From Schizosaccharomyces osmophilus (Eukaryota), in the NCBI RefSeq assembly GCF_027921745.1, contig NC_079238.1, forward strand, positions 3,286,001 to 3,350,000: a stretch of DNA of 64,000 nucleotides. The letters run 5' to 3'. A program made the translations under genes and the position numbers. Below the pieces are notes generated by a model, which was given only the letters and a program-made list of their open reading frames with translations, was not told where the DNA came from and ran no database searches. Positions 36,110 through 48,234 of the stretch are shown in pieces (the stretch's first letter is position 1; every line of letters starts with the position of its first letter).

Positions 36110-38662
36110 ATGGAACAAGGAACAAAAAGAATTCGATTCTCCGTTGTGGCCGCCGACGGCCTAGCCAAGAGAGATCTTTTTCGTCAACCGGATCCCTTTG
36201 CAATTATAACTGTCGATGGAGAACAGACACATACGACGAGGGTAGTAAAAAAGTCTACGAATCCGTATTGGAATGAAGGGTTTGATATGTAAGTATTCAG
36301 TTTGTCTGTGATAGCATTTGAACAATTACGCGAGAAAATTAAGGGTAACATTTTATTCTTTTTTTTTATTCAACAGACTCCATAATCCTTTGGCTATCTA
36401 TTAGTTGCTATATCGTTCCGAAGTCTTCGTGCTGCCTTCCAGGTTACAAGACATCATAGCTAGGCAGTTGAAGGATGGATGGATTTCGGGAACATTGTCG
36501 CGAAAGTGCTATTAAGAACGAACAATGATTTTATAAAAATAGGAAAATTTACTAACTCTTTGGTTTTTAGTAATGTTAAACCTTCCAGCGGAGTTCTAAT
36601 ACGACTGTTTGATCAGAAAAAATTCAAGAAAAAAGATCAAGGATTTCTTGGCCTTATTTCGTTTCAAGTCCAGGATGTATTAAACTTGCGATCCTCTCGG
36701 GAATCTACGTTCACTCGACCGCTAAAACGGTCTAGCAGCAGCAGTCTTTCAGTCAGTGGAAATTTGGCCATGAAAATTGGGCCTTCGAAAACAAGGGGCG
36801 CTGCTGCTAATGGTACAAATGCTTCTGCAAATAGTACTTCAAGAACTTCAAATGCTGCTTCGGCGCAGTCGACTGCGCAAGGATCTTCAGCATCGAATGT
36901 CGCTGCCGCTTCAGCTCCTCAAAATATTACAAGTAACGGTACTTCTACGTCATCCAGAAGTCCGCCAAATGCAAACGGAAGCAGTATATTGTCTTCCTTC
37001 GAAGATCAATACGGTCGACTGCCTCCTGGTTGGGAGCGTCGTGCCGATTCGTTAGGCAGAACGTATTACGTCGATCACAATAGTCGTACAACAACTTGGA
37101 ATCGTCCCGCCATGAATGCCGGCAATCAATCATCTATGAACACCGAATCACATCGTTTGCAACATCAAAATCGGTCTCTTCCGGATGACTCGTCTACAAT
37201 CAATGTATCCAGTAATGATTTACCTGCAGGTTGGGAACAACGATTTACCAATACTGGTCGACCCTATTTCGTGGATCACAACACGCGAACTACTACATGG
37301 GTGGATCCTAGAAACCAACTTCTTCGTCCAGCCGGAAACCCATCACCTGGTCTAGGTAACTTAATGCAACCTCAATCCCTTTCCCACCTAGGTCCTTTAC
37401 CAAGTGGATGGGAAATGCGTCTCACAAATTCTGCCCGAGTTTACTTTGTTGACCATAATACAAAAACCACCACATGGGATGACCCACGGCTTCCATCAGC
37501 TTTGGACCAAAATGTGCCTAAATATAAGTGTGATTTCAGAAGAAAACTTATTTATTTTCGCTCCCAGATTGGTATGCGACCTCTTCCTGGACAGTGTAAC
37601 ATTAAAGTTAGAAGAGATCACATATTTGAAGACTCTTATGCAGAGATTATGCGCAATTCTGCTCATGATCTCAAGAAAAGACTTATGATTCGGTTTGAAG
37701 GTGAAGATGGTCTTGATTATGGTGGATTATCTAGAGAGTTTTTCTTCTTATTGTCACACAAAATGTTTGATCCTATTTATTGCTTGTTTGAATACTCTGC
37801 CGTTGACAACTACACGCTTCAAATAAATCCTCATTCAGGAATTAATCCCGAGCATCTTAATTATTTTCGGTTTATTGGTAGAGTAATTGGTTTAGCCATT
37901 TTTCATCGACGATTCCTTGATGCCTTTTTTGTCGTCAGTCTTTACAAAAAGCTCTTACAGAAAAAGGTTACGCTTGCTGATATGGAAAGTATTGATGCTG
38001 ATTTTTATCGTAGTTTGAAATGGGTATTGGAAAACGATATTACGGGCATTCTCGATCTTACTTTTTCTGTTGAGGAAGATCATTTCGGAGAAGTAAGGAC
38101 AATTGAATTAAAGCCTGACGGTGAAAATATTGAGGTTACTGAAGAAAATAAAAAAGAATATGTCGATTTAGTAACTGAATGGAGGATATCCAGGCGCGTA
38201 GAAAATCAATTTAATGCCTTCTACGCTGGTTTCGTGGAACTTGTGCCTCCAGATTTAGTCAGCGTATTCGACGAACGCGAGTTAGAACTATTGATTGGCG
38301 GTATATCAGACGTTGATATCGGTGACTGGAAGAGCCATACTGAGTATCGGACTTATTCCTCGTCTGACCAAGTTGTTAAGTGGTTCTGGGAGATTATTTC
38401 ACATTGGAAGAATGAGGAACGTTCAATGTTGTTGCAGTTTGCGACTGGAACATCTAGGATTCCCGTGAATGGTTTTAGAGATTTACAGGGAAGTGATGGT
38501 CCTCGTAAATTTACTATTGAGAAAGCTGGATCACCGGACCAGCTTCCTGTTGCACATACATGTTTCAACAGGCTTGATTTACCCGAATATCCAACAAAAG
38601 CCAAACTTGAAGGTAAGTTGAGCTTGGCTATAGAAAATACAGTTGGATTTGGGAATGAGTAA
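36110..38662 (+). CDS. pub3: Nedd4/Rsp5-family HECT E3 ligase (C2, 3 WW, HECT); intron 36289-36570
   Basis: C2 domain split by the intron, three WW domains (LPPGWE, LPAGWE, LPSGWE), HECT ending [16 protein letters not shown]...GFGNE. Neighbours pab2/rix7 favour pub3 over pub1. Confidence 0.9.
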
Positions 38663-39334
38663 TGTATCTATAATGACGGTATGCCTTAAAAAATAATTGA
38701 GATGATGATTTACAATTTTGTTGACGATAATGATTTACTGTTGAGCATGATACAAGCATTACATGTAATAGTTTTTTTAGTTGATTATGCTCGTAAAATG
38801 TATTGTCGAAAAGGCACTCTAAACATATTCAAACAAGAAATTATTCAATGTAGTTTGATAAATATCGTTACCAAAACAAACGTCTGAAAAAATCAACATT
38901 TAACAAAGTCGCTAAAATAACAGTTATGTATATACTGGCGTAACATGTTAATTATTCATTCAATCTCGCACTGACTATTGTAAATCGGGGTAATCTAATC
39001 TACAGAGGTTTAGCATGGTTTTAGTAACTGCTAGATCATTTTTAGCATCTAAAAAAGACAATGCCGGCGAGCAAGAGTTTGTTGTTATCAAAGAATTGTC
39101 TGAAGCGCCAAGCTGATTTTTATATTATGCTTTGGAAAATATTTACTCAAACTTAATACATTATATAATTTTCCATAATCATTTAACTGTATCTTTCACG
39201 CATAGCTGAACCGGACTGATTTGGTGTTTGTGGGAGTGGTGAAATTTAACAACTTGCGTCCACTGCAGGTCAAAGAAAATTCTTTGCAGTCTGGTTTATT
39301 CTCCTCAATTCTCCTGAAAGTTGTATTTTAAAAG

Positions 39335-41966
39335 ATGGGGAGATCCGGCGGTACCCTTAGTCGGGATTTAGAACGCAAAATATACGATCGTTTGTGTTCT
39401 CTTCGTGACACAAATCGCCATACAGAAATTGAGGAATGGCCCGTATCGACAAGGCGTGCAGTACAATTCGTTCAAGATAGAGACCTAACTTTAAGAAGGT
39501 TAAAACGTCCTATCTTGGAAAAAACTGTTGAGAAAGTTTTGGACATAATGAAGGCAGAAGACGACGAATCCTCTGCAGCGGATCAAGACGCTGTTCTAGT
39601 GGAGAGTGATCCTGAAGATTTAAATTCATCAAGGTTGATGGAAGTAAAGGTATGTTAATAGAGTTTGATATAAATACTGACAACCAATAAAGGATACGAA
39701 CGTTGTGAACAAGAGCATCACCAGTCTTTGGAATACAACAAACCCTACTACAGAAGAAGAGAAAAGACCAAGTAGTCAGGAAAATACAAAGAGAAAAGAT
39801 CGCCGGTCGAAGACTTCAACTAGTGCTAAACGACTTAAAAGTATTTCACTTGTTTTGCTCAAATTACCCTTCAGCTAACTAAATAAATAGGTACCGAAGC
39901 CTCAAGGGAACCACCCACTGGTATTTCTTTAAAAGACGTCGGTGGCCTTGATGAATGTATAACCGAGCTACTTGAAACGGTAGCAATGCCAATTAAACAC
40001 CCGGAAGTTTACCAGCACACTGGTATTCAACCCCCAAGGTTAGTTAACATTTTCATAAACTTATTTCTAACGAATATTAGAGGTGTTTTATTACATGGTC
40101 CACCTGGTTGTGGTAAAACCATGCTCGCCAACGCTCTTGCTGCTGTATGTACCATTCAAATCCGGATGATTTTTTTAACATAGTCTTTAGGAACTTGGAG
40201 TTCCCTTTCTTTCGATTTCTGCTCCATCCATTGTTTCTGGAATGTCTGGTGAATCCGAGAAAAAGGTTAGAGATGTATTCGAAGAAGCGAAATCTTTGGC
40301 TCCTTGTTTAATGTTTATTGATGAAATTGATGCCGTTACTCCAAAGAGAGAAAGTGCGCAACGAGAAATGGAGCGAAGAATTGTTGCTCAATTCTTAACT
40401 TGTATGGATGGTACGTTACATTTTTCCAAAAACTATTACTAATATCACATTAGAGCTGTCTTTTGAAAATACAGAAGGAAAACCTGTATTGGTAATAGGT
40501 GCTACTAATCGTCCTGACTCTCTTGATAGTGCATTAAGACGGGCTGGTCGATTTGACAGAGAGATTTGCTTAACTGTTCCAAATGAGGAGTCAAGAGAGA
40601 GGTTTGTATTGTAAGCTTGACTAGTATCTAACGGAATCTAGAATTTTGCGTACGATGGCAAAGGGCCTACGTTTAAGTGGAAACTTTGACTTTCGCCAGT
40701 TGGCTAAACAGACTCCTGGATACGTGGGTGCCGACCTTAAAGCATTAACGTCTTCAGCTGGTGTTTCTGCAATAAAACGAATTTTCAATGAACTGACTGT
40801 TTCAAGAAAAGACTCTGAAGACCCCAATGCTATGCTTACGGATCAAGAGGAAATAACAGTAGACATGGACACTGTTGATGATGATAATGAAGATATGCAC
40901 ATGTCTGTGATTCAAAGGTACTTAAATACCCATCCTGATCCTTTGACCCCAGAAGAATTGAAACCATTGGCCATAGGACCCCAAGATTTTGTAGAGGCTC
41001 TTACGAAGGTACAACCATCATCAAAGCGTGAAGGATTTGCTACTGTCCCTGATATTACCTGGTCTGAGGTGGGCGCTTTGAAGTCCATACGTGTAGAGTT
41101 ACAGATGGCCATCGTTCAACCTATAAAAAGACCAGAACTGTATAAAAGTGTGGGTATAACGGCACCATGTGGTGTATTATTATGGGGTCCACCAGGGTGC
41201 GGTAAGACACTCTTAGCTAAGGCTGTTGCAAATGAGAGTAAAGCAAATTTTATTTCCATTCGAGGGCCTGAACTTTTGAATAAGGTACGTTCGCATACCT
41301 TCAAACATTATACTAATCTTACAGTACGTTGGTGAATCTGAAAGAGCGGTTCGTCAAGTTTTTGCTAGAGCTCGTGCTTCTTCTCCTTGTGTAATTTTCT
41401 TTGATGAGTTAGATGCTATGGTTCCTAAACGTGACGACTCCTTATCTGAAGCATCGTCTAGAGTAGTCAACACATTATTAACCGAACTCGATGGATTAAA
41501 TGATCGTTCCTCTGTTTATGTCATTGCAGCTACGAACAGACCTGATATCATTGATGCGGCTATGTTGCGACCTGGACGTTTGGATAAAACGTTGTTGGTT
41601 GATCTTCCTGACGCTCATGAAAGAGTGGAGATATTGAAAACCATATCGAAATCCACACCTTTAGATACAGAAATCAACTTGGAATTAATTGGTCGTGATG
41701 AAAGGTGCAGTAATTTTTCTGGTGCTGATTTGGCAGCGTTGGTCCGCGAAGCAGCGGTAACGGCTCTTCGTTCAGCAGTTTTCCAAGACATAGCTTCCAA
41801 TGAGCCAGAGGTAACTCAACATTCAGCGAATGCACCAATCCGTGTAACAATGGCCGATTTTGATCTTGCTTTCAAAAATATTAGACCCAGCGTGTCCGAT
41901 CGTGATCGTCAAAAATATCAACGACTTGCGAAGAGATGGTCATCTGCTTCGCAAGATGTCGAATAA
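39335..41966 (+). CDS. rix7: AAA ATPase Rix7/NVL (60S biogenesis), 7 introns
   Basis: Two AAA modules ([26 protein letters not shown]), [15 protein letters not shown]. Introns about 39650-39692, 39841-39890, 40039-40080, 40145-40190, 40411-40453, 40602-40641, 41285-41324. Confidence 0.93.
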
Positions 41967-42337
41967 ATATTGAGGATTTGTAAAGATTTTTTGGATTTAA
42001 AGGGTAAAGTGGACATCTTTCAGGAAAAAGTTGGATTTAGGTATTAGGTTTATAAATGATTGAAGGATACTAATAATTGATTAACTTTAAATTAAATGTA
42101 ATTGATATGGTGACTAACGTGTATTGAATGTTGAGCATTTTGCAACATTATAGTATATACGCACGATTGACAATTTACGTATAATTATTAATTATAATAA
42201 ATTAAGTAGTAACTAATGATTTCTAAACAAAGATACCTAGCATCGTGAACGAGTAGACTTGTTTATTGCATCCTTGACAGACAACCTGCTAACAACCCAT
42301 ACACGGTTACCAAGATTCGACCACAGTCAAGTAGACA

Positions 42338-43104
42338 ATGAGGCTTTTAACGGTTTTTACCTTTCTTTCTGTTTTATTCTATACCTCAAATGCTATTTAC
42401 TTTTACTTTGATGGTTCTAAACCACAATGTTTTTTGAAAGACTTGAGCAAAGGAAGAATGGTTACCGGTGCTATAAATCCTGAGCAGTGGAATGAAGAGT
42501 TGAAGAAATGGGTTCCTAATGAGAAATCTAAGATTCGTGTTCAAGTTGATGTACGATATTAAGAGTATTTATGCAGTTTACTAACGTTATGAAGGAAACA
42601 TTCGCAAACAATCACATTATTTACAAGAACGTCTTAATGGCTAAAAATGTGCTTCGCTTTACTCCTAACAACGAAGGTACACATCGCATTTGCTATATCT
42701 CTGACAGTGACGGTGGATGGTTTTCTTCTACAAAGACCAGGTTGCATGTCGATATTGGTTCTGATGAGAAATACAATCTCATAGCATCATCAGAAGACGA
42801 AGCCAAAGGTAACTGACTAATTGTACTTCGTAAGCTAACAGTTTAGATGTTGCTGATCGCGTAGAAGCCCTTAATTCACGACTGGAAACCATATACAAAG
42901 AACAAATGAAGCAACGTAAACGTGAAATGGCATTCCGTGATTCCAGTGAGCATGCCAACTCTCGAGTTGTTAGATGGACTATTGTTCAAATCGCTGTGCT
43001 ATTAGTAACCAGTGCTTGGCAGTTATCTCACCTTCAACGTAAGTCAAAGCATCGTTATTGTGCTAACTTATTTAGATTTTTTCGTAAAGGAAAAATTAGT
43101 TTAA
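42338..43104 (+). CDS. erp5: p24/GOLD-family COPII cargo receptor (alpha subfamily), 3 introns
   Basis: Signal peptide, GOLD cysteines, [23 protein letters not shown], spliced C-terminus HFFVKEKLV (FF plus KxKxx). Introns 42551-42594, 42809-42846, 43039-43075. Confidence 0.85.
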
Positions 43105-43452
43105 TCGATGTTTTAAGAATCATCTGCTTGTCCAGTGCAGCTATTGCAAGAGGAAGATTATTACAGGTAATTGAATAGAGCACTCGTCTTTAGTTGCCTA
43201 TACTGTCAGTTTCTTTAAGATCGGAATATACATACAAATTAACTATTATGTTGTTATTACATTTAAATACGAATCATCTGCTATTATTTGCAAACAGAAG
43301 TCGTAAAGGATTGGTTATGAACCTTGGGCCCATTATAACTTATATAAACGTTAAATTAAAATATTTATTCATAAGCTAACTCGTTTAAAAGCTTGCAAAT
43401 CTACGTAAGTTTTTAACTGTTCATTGTTGGTAAGTAAGAGATGGATGTAAAG

Positions 43453-44631
43453 CTACACCGTTTTGCATATCGAAGCTTCCGTTGACTCTAAAAGTTGCAT
43501 ATTTTTTAAAGTATCTTGGAATTCGTAGTGAACCGTCTGTAAACTGCCGATAGCGACTTGAAACTGGAGTAATTCAATATTATATCTTTCAAATTCAAGA
43601 AATTCTTTCCCAAGCTGAAATCTCGATGGATCATCTTTATCCAACTGATGATCGAAAATAACATTAGGCTGTTCCTGAATAGTTTTCTTTTGGATATTTT
43701 TAAATGGCTCAGCAAAATCACTGCATGTAACTGAAGAAGCTGAGGATTCGCAATTGGAAGCATTCGTTAAGTCGTTGCTACTGCTTTCAAAAGCCGGCTC
43801 CGAAACTGACTGTAATGACCTTTCTTGTTCGTCTAATTGTCGGTTTTCACAGGGAAGTTCGTCTTCTTTGAAATAATCGTCTTTAAGAGCTTCAGGTTTG
43901 TGTTTAACTGACTTTTGACGAGATTCTTTGGTGATTTCATCGGCAGGTTTAATATTCTTATATATTTGGAGGGTTAAGTTTTTTATTTGTAGCTCTGGAT
44001 ATTCCTTTTTTCCAAAGTATGATACAAGAGAAGTGCATACGTTGCAAAAAAATATTTGGAAACTGGGTATAACGTTTTGGCATGTCTCCTGAATATATTG
44101 AATTTGATTAAACATGAAACTTGAAAATATCAGTTGCAAACAAAAGAAAGAATTCGCTTCATTTTTTATTTCAAAGAAGGATTTTTTGCAGCTCTCCAGT
44201 TCATGGAGCAATTGTTCCATGAGTAGTTCCTGCCGGATAGAATAATTTTGAAATATTGGCTTTTGTGAAAATAGTATTAAGAAGTTTATTGAAGACATGG
44301 AAAACTCGAACATGCCCTTTGCTTTGGTCCATCCAAAGTGAACTAACCCATTAGTTTCCAGTTCCTTGATCCAGAAGTTCAATTGTTCATTTACTTCGTG
44401 GAGAGGTGAAACTGCATTCATTTTTTTTATAAGTTCAATTTTAGATTGGTTTCGACTGTGAAATGGTATAGGAAATGACATAGCGAAAAAGATATTAAAC
44501 ACATTTTTCAATCGAAAGAATAGCTGTAAAAACTTCAAAGAAATGATCTTATCCTTTTCGTATCTACTTAATTCCATTATGAATATTGTGTAAGTATTTG
44601 TAGACGATGTCTCCAAGTCCATCATATTCAT
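43453..44631 (-). CDS. Fast-evolving coiled-coil protein, probable meiotic Mcp4 orthologue by position
   Basis: Long ORF (392 aa from ATG 44631; real start may be downstream), C-terminal coiled coil, three FLEX cores upstream, adjacent to erp5 as S. pombe mcp4 is recalled to be. Confidence 0.65.
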   Translation of the reverse strand: MNMMDLETSSTNTYTIFIMELSRYEKDKIISLKFLQLFFRLKNVFNIFFAMSFPIPFHSRNQSKIELIKKMNAVSPLHEVNEQLNFWIKELETNGLVHFGWTKAKGMFEFSMSSINFLILFSQKPIFQNYSIRQELLMEQLLHELESCKKSFFEIKNEANSFFCLQLIFSSFMFNQIQYIQETCQNVIPSFQIFFCNVCTSLVSYFGKKEYPELQIKNLTLQIYKNIKPADEITKESRQKSVKHKPEALKDDYFKEDELPCENRQLDEQERSLQSVSEPAFESSSNDLTNASNCESSASSVTCSDFAEPFKNIQKKTIQEQPNVIFDHQLDKDDPSRFQLGKEFLEFERYNIELLQFQVAIGSLQTVHYEFQDTLKNMQLLESTEASICKTV

Positions 44632-44651
44632 GTTTAATAATACTGTACGAT

Positions 44652-44702
44652 GTAAACAAAAGATGTAAACAATCAATGAAGCTTATCAAGAGCGTAAACA
44701 AA
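44652..44702. promoter_or_regulatory. FLEX (Mei4/forkhead) cluster
   Basis: GTAAACAAA 44652-44660, GTAAACAA 44665-44672, GTAAACAAA 44694-44702. Confidence 0.7.
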
Positions 44703-44905
44703 CTTTGAAAAGTTTGACTAAACTTAAGTTTCCGGTTATTTTATGGTTATAGTATTTCAATAATAAAAGATAATACTAATCTATAAAGTAGACAAAGCTT
44801 GAAATTGTCAGAATCATTATGAGATTAATGCAGCCTTTTAGAATATAAAACAAAACAACAAACATTTTATTGGGCAAATTCATGAATATATACTTGAGAA
44901 TTATT

Positions 44906-45889
44906 CTAATTGTTTAAATATGGACTTTCATTATCCATTATGTAGGTTTTTAAGGATACTTTTTCAAACGTAAAGTCTTTTTTTACTTCTTCTTTTGACC
45001 TGATTCCGCTTAGACCTTCCAAAAATGCTTTCATGCTTTCTTTTCTTTTTTCTAAATTGAAGGCTTCGGTATGCTTTTGTTCTATGAGCTGATTATTTTT
45101 TTCTGGATAAGGATATTTGTATATGAGCATTGAGTTATCCATGAACTCGAATTTGTTCAGAGAAGCAATGTTTATGAAAGGCCATTTTAAGATAAACTTC
45201 CATTGTAAGCAAAAAATAAAGAACACGAGAAACAACACAGTCTTGCTCCATGTTTCACTAAGATTCAATTTGACAGTATTAGGGCTCTCAACATATAATG
45301 AGAATTTATGGGTAAGTGAAGTAATTGCTCGTAAAAAAATGAGAATAATGAGGTATTTTATCGCACATTCACTTACAAAACTTCGAATTTTTTTAAAACA
45401 GATTTGAATATTTCGGTTGAATGTCCTATCCGCAGCCATTATTCGATTAAATTCGCATTGAGATAGTTTGCAGCTGCATCCTGCTTTTAATGAAGATTTC
45501 TTTGCGAGCCTCTTAAACGAATATTTGAAACGTTTGTACTCAAGTAAGTAGCAAATTCCCGAACATAATCGAGAAAGTAAGGTATACTTCTGAAAGTCCA
45601 TCGATACTCGGTTTTTCATTTGGAAATTCCTTTGATGAAGCAGTAAAAGGTTGCTTTCCAGTGCAATGCTTATGGGATTTGGTTGATTATGTTGCTCAAA
45701 ACAGTTGATCGCTTCTTCCAATGAAGAAAGCTTTAAGAAAACAATTGTCTCAACATCTTCAATAAGGGATTCAGTTATTGAATAGAAAAATCCGCATGAT
45801 TTCGAGACCTTATATGAAGCCAGTCTCGGAATTATCCAAACGGTGCACATTAATGCTGATATAAGCCAAAGTAATGCTTGCAGGCTCAT
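44906..45889 (-). CDS. Predicted membrane protein, probable Mug100 orthologue by position
   Basis: 327-aa ORF with ATG, N-terminal hydrophobic segment and further hydrophobic stretches (YLIILIFL, VLFLVFFIFCLQW); FLEX sites upstream. Confidence 0.65.
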   Translation of the reverse strand: MSLQALLWLISALMCTVWIIPRLASYKVSKSCGFFYSITESLIEDVETIVFLKLSSLEEAINCFEQHNQPNPISIALESNLLLLHQRNFQMKNRVSMDFQKYTLLSRLCSGICYLLEYKRFKYSFKRLAKKSSLKAGCSCKLSQCEFNRIMAADRTFNRNIQICFKKIRSFVSECAIKYLIILIFLRAITSLTHKFSLYVESPNTVKLNLSETWSKTVLFLVFFIFCLQWKFILKWPFINIASLNKFEFMDNSMLIYKYPYPEKNNQLIEQKHTEAFNLEKRKESMKAFLEGLSGIRSKEEVKKDFTFEKVSLKTYIMDNESPYLNN

Positions 45890-45975
45890 TTTTTATCGAA
45901 GTTAAGATTGCTTGAAGATGATTAGTTTTGTAATGAATCGACTCCTAGCAAACACTCGATTGTTTTTCCACGTTC

Positions 45976-46000
45976 GTAAACAAACAAATTGTAAACAAAC
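45976..46000. promoter_or_regulatory. Tandem extended FLEX elements
   Basis: GTAAACAAACAAA 45976-45988 and GTAAACAAAC 45991-46000, about 90-110 bp upstream of ATG 45889. Confidence 0.75.
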
Positions 46001-46753
46001 GTTACGCCAATTCCAGTCATAGCAAATTCCTATTACTATTGCACAAACAAAAAGTTAAATGAGTTATTAAAACCAAGATAACGCGCCATGGTCTGTAGCT
46101 ATTCTTCAACGGCTGAAACAATCCTCATATGGCTTAAACTCTCTGTTTCGATCAACAACTGTATACAGCATTCATCATACAGGTTAGATATATTTACATT
46201 ATAACTATCATATAATTCATTTTTAGTTGCCTAAACTTGAAAAACTGTGACATGTTAATTAGTTCCAATGTGTCAGGTAAGCATTTCCTTGTGCTTCAAC
46301 CTATCATTTAATTCATCAGATACAGATAGATTTCTAATGAAAGAAAACATAAAGAAAAATATGTATGAATTATAAAGACTTGAAGTCTCCTTGACGCGAT
46401 TGAAATCATAGTAAAGAGTGTTTCTTTGTTCGTCTATAACGATAGGTTGGATTAAATCGTGCATTTCAATAGCTACACCAAGATGGATGGAGTAAATAGG
46501 CATCTGCTTTAAAGAATTGGAAATATTCAATTCAAGAGATCAATATCTAAACGGGGGTTAGAATCGAGGCGAATTAGTTAAATTTCTTTCTGCTAAACGC
46601 GTGTCAAAGTCGTTAGTAACCCGTAAACAAAGTGTATTACAGCTAAAACAGGAAAGCCAAGTGATTTTCTCTCTGAATACCTTAAATTAGAACCACATTT
46701 ATCTTGTCTAAAGATCTCCAAGAGTCTAACGTTCTTTCATTGAGCCTACCGTA

Positions 46754-47755
46754 ATGTTCAAGAGACGAAAGAATCCGAAAGGTTTGGTATTGAATCCTAA
46801 TGCAAAACCAAAAGATGAACTGGTCGATAACCAAAAAACGTTCGAAAACAACATGGAAACATTTATGGAGCAGTGCGCCAATGTTAATCAGCGGCCTGCG
46901 TGTATTTCCGATTTAAGTAAACAAAACTTAACGGTAGTGCGCCGTCTAGGAGAAGGAAATGGAGGAGCTGTCGCTCTTGTAAAGTACAAGAATCTGTACA
47001 TGGCTCGGAAAACGGTATACGTGGGTGCCAATACAAATCTGCAGAAACAAATTTTGCGTGAATTAGGCATTCTGCATCATTGTCGATCCCCATTTATCAT
47101 TGGCTTCTATGGTGCATTCTTAAATGAAAATAGTATTTGCTTGTGCGTAGAGTATATGGACTGTGGCTCTTTGGACGCAATTCTTCGCGAAGGAGGACCT
47201 ATTCCGTTAGACATACTCGGATGCATAATTAATTCAATGGTGAAAGGACTTATTTATTTATATAATGTGATGCATATTATTCACCGAGACTTGAAACCTA
47301 GCAATGTCATCATTAACTCATTAGGTTATATCAAGCTATGCGATTTTGGTGTCTCAGGCGAACTGGTAAATTCGATAGCCCATACCTTCGTTGGCACGTC
47401 CACTTACATGTCACCAGAAAGAATTTGCGGTGGTGACTATTCTGTAAAAAGTGATATTTGGTCACTTGGAATCACTATTATTGAGCTGGCTACACAGGAG
47501 CTTCCATGGTGTTTTTCTGGTGTCAACGAACCAATGGGTATTTTGGATATTATGCATTGCATCGTTCAAGAAGATCCCCCTAGATTGCCAGATTCCTTTC
47601 CTGAAGACCTCCGGCTGTTTGTCGATGCTTGTTTACATAAGGATCCCAAACTTCGAGCTTCTCCTCAGCAACTATGTGCCATGCCTTACTTCCATTATAC
47701 TCTGATGAAGAATGTCGACGTTGCTTCGTGGGCGTCTCAATTTCGTTCACTTTAG
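46754..47755 (+). CDS. byr1: Pheromone-pathway MAP kinase kinase
   Basis: [17 protein letters not shown]-site, [45 protein letters not shown]. Confidence 0.95.
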   Translation: MFKRRKNPKGLVLNPNAKPKDELVDNQKTFENNMETFMEQCANVNQRPACISDLSKQNLTVVRRLGEGNGGAVALVKYKNLYMARKTVYVGANTNLQKQILRELGILHHCRSPFIIGFYGAFLNENSICLCVEYMDCGSLDAILREGGPIPLDILGCIINSMVKGLIYLYNVMHIIHRDLKPSNVIINSLGYIKLCDFGVSGELVNSIAHTFVGTSTYMSPERICGGDYSVKSDIWSLGITIIELATQELPWCFSGVNEPMGILDIMHCIVQEDPPRLPDSFPEDLRLFVDACLHKDPKLRASPQQLCAMPYFHYTLMKNVDVASWASQFRSL

Positions 47756-48234
47756 CTGTTTGTTAATTTACAAACACAGCCTATCAAAAATAACCAGGAT
47801 TCATTTTGCTGTTAGAATCATCGTTCACTTCTTTAATTTTTTGAATTATTAAGCAATTTCTAGAAGGTTTTTTATTTTGTCGTACCCACAGTTATCAATT
47901 TGGTTGTTTCTTTTTAGCCTCAAAATTTCTCAGATCAGAAGCATATCCTATACATTAATTCATTACACGTTCGTTTTAGCTATAATATTTGAGCAATAAT
48001 AATAATCTTTAAATACTTGTACTTGGAAAATGCCTTTAGTTGTAATCTTACTAGGTTAGATCCCAACTAGAAAACCACACGGATTCTGCTGAGAATCACC
48101 ACCGGCTGTATTTTCAAAAGTTTAGAACCCATTCATAGTGACTTTCCATTCTTCTTTAAAATAATTTATCGTTTTTATCTTTTTTTTCAACGAAAACCAT
48201 TTAAACAGAAATCTATTAGTTTTCTGTAATTCAC

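Noticed and set aside
43453..45889. wtf-type meiotic driver (FLEX-driven membrane protein)
   Set aside because: No multi-exon wtf architecture, no flanking 5S rDNA or LTR; position fits mcp4/mug100 orthologues.
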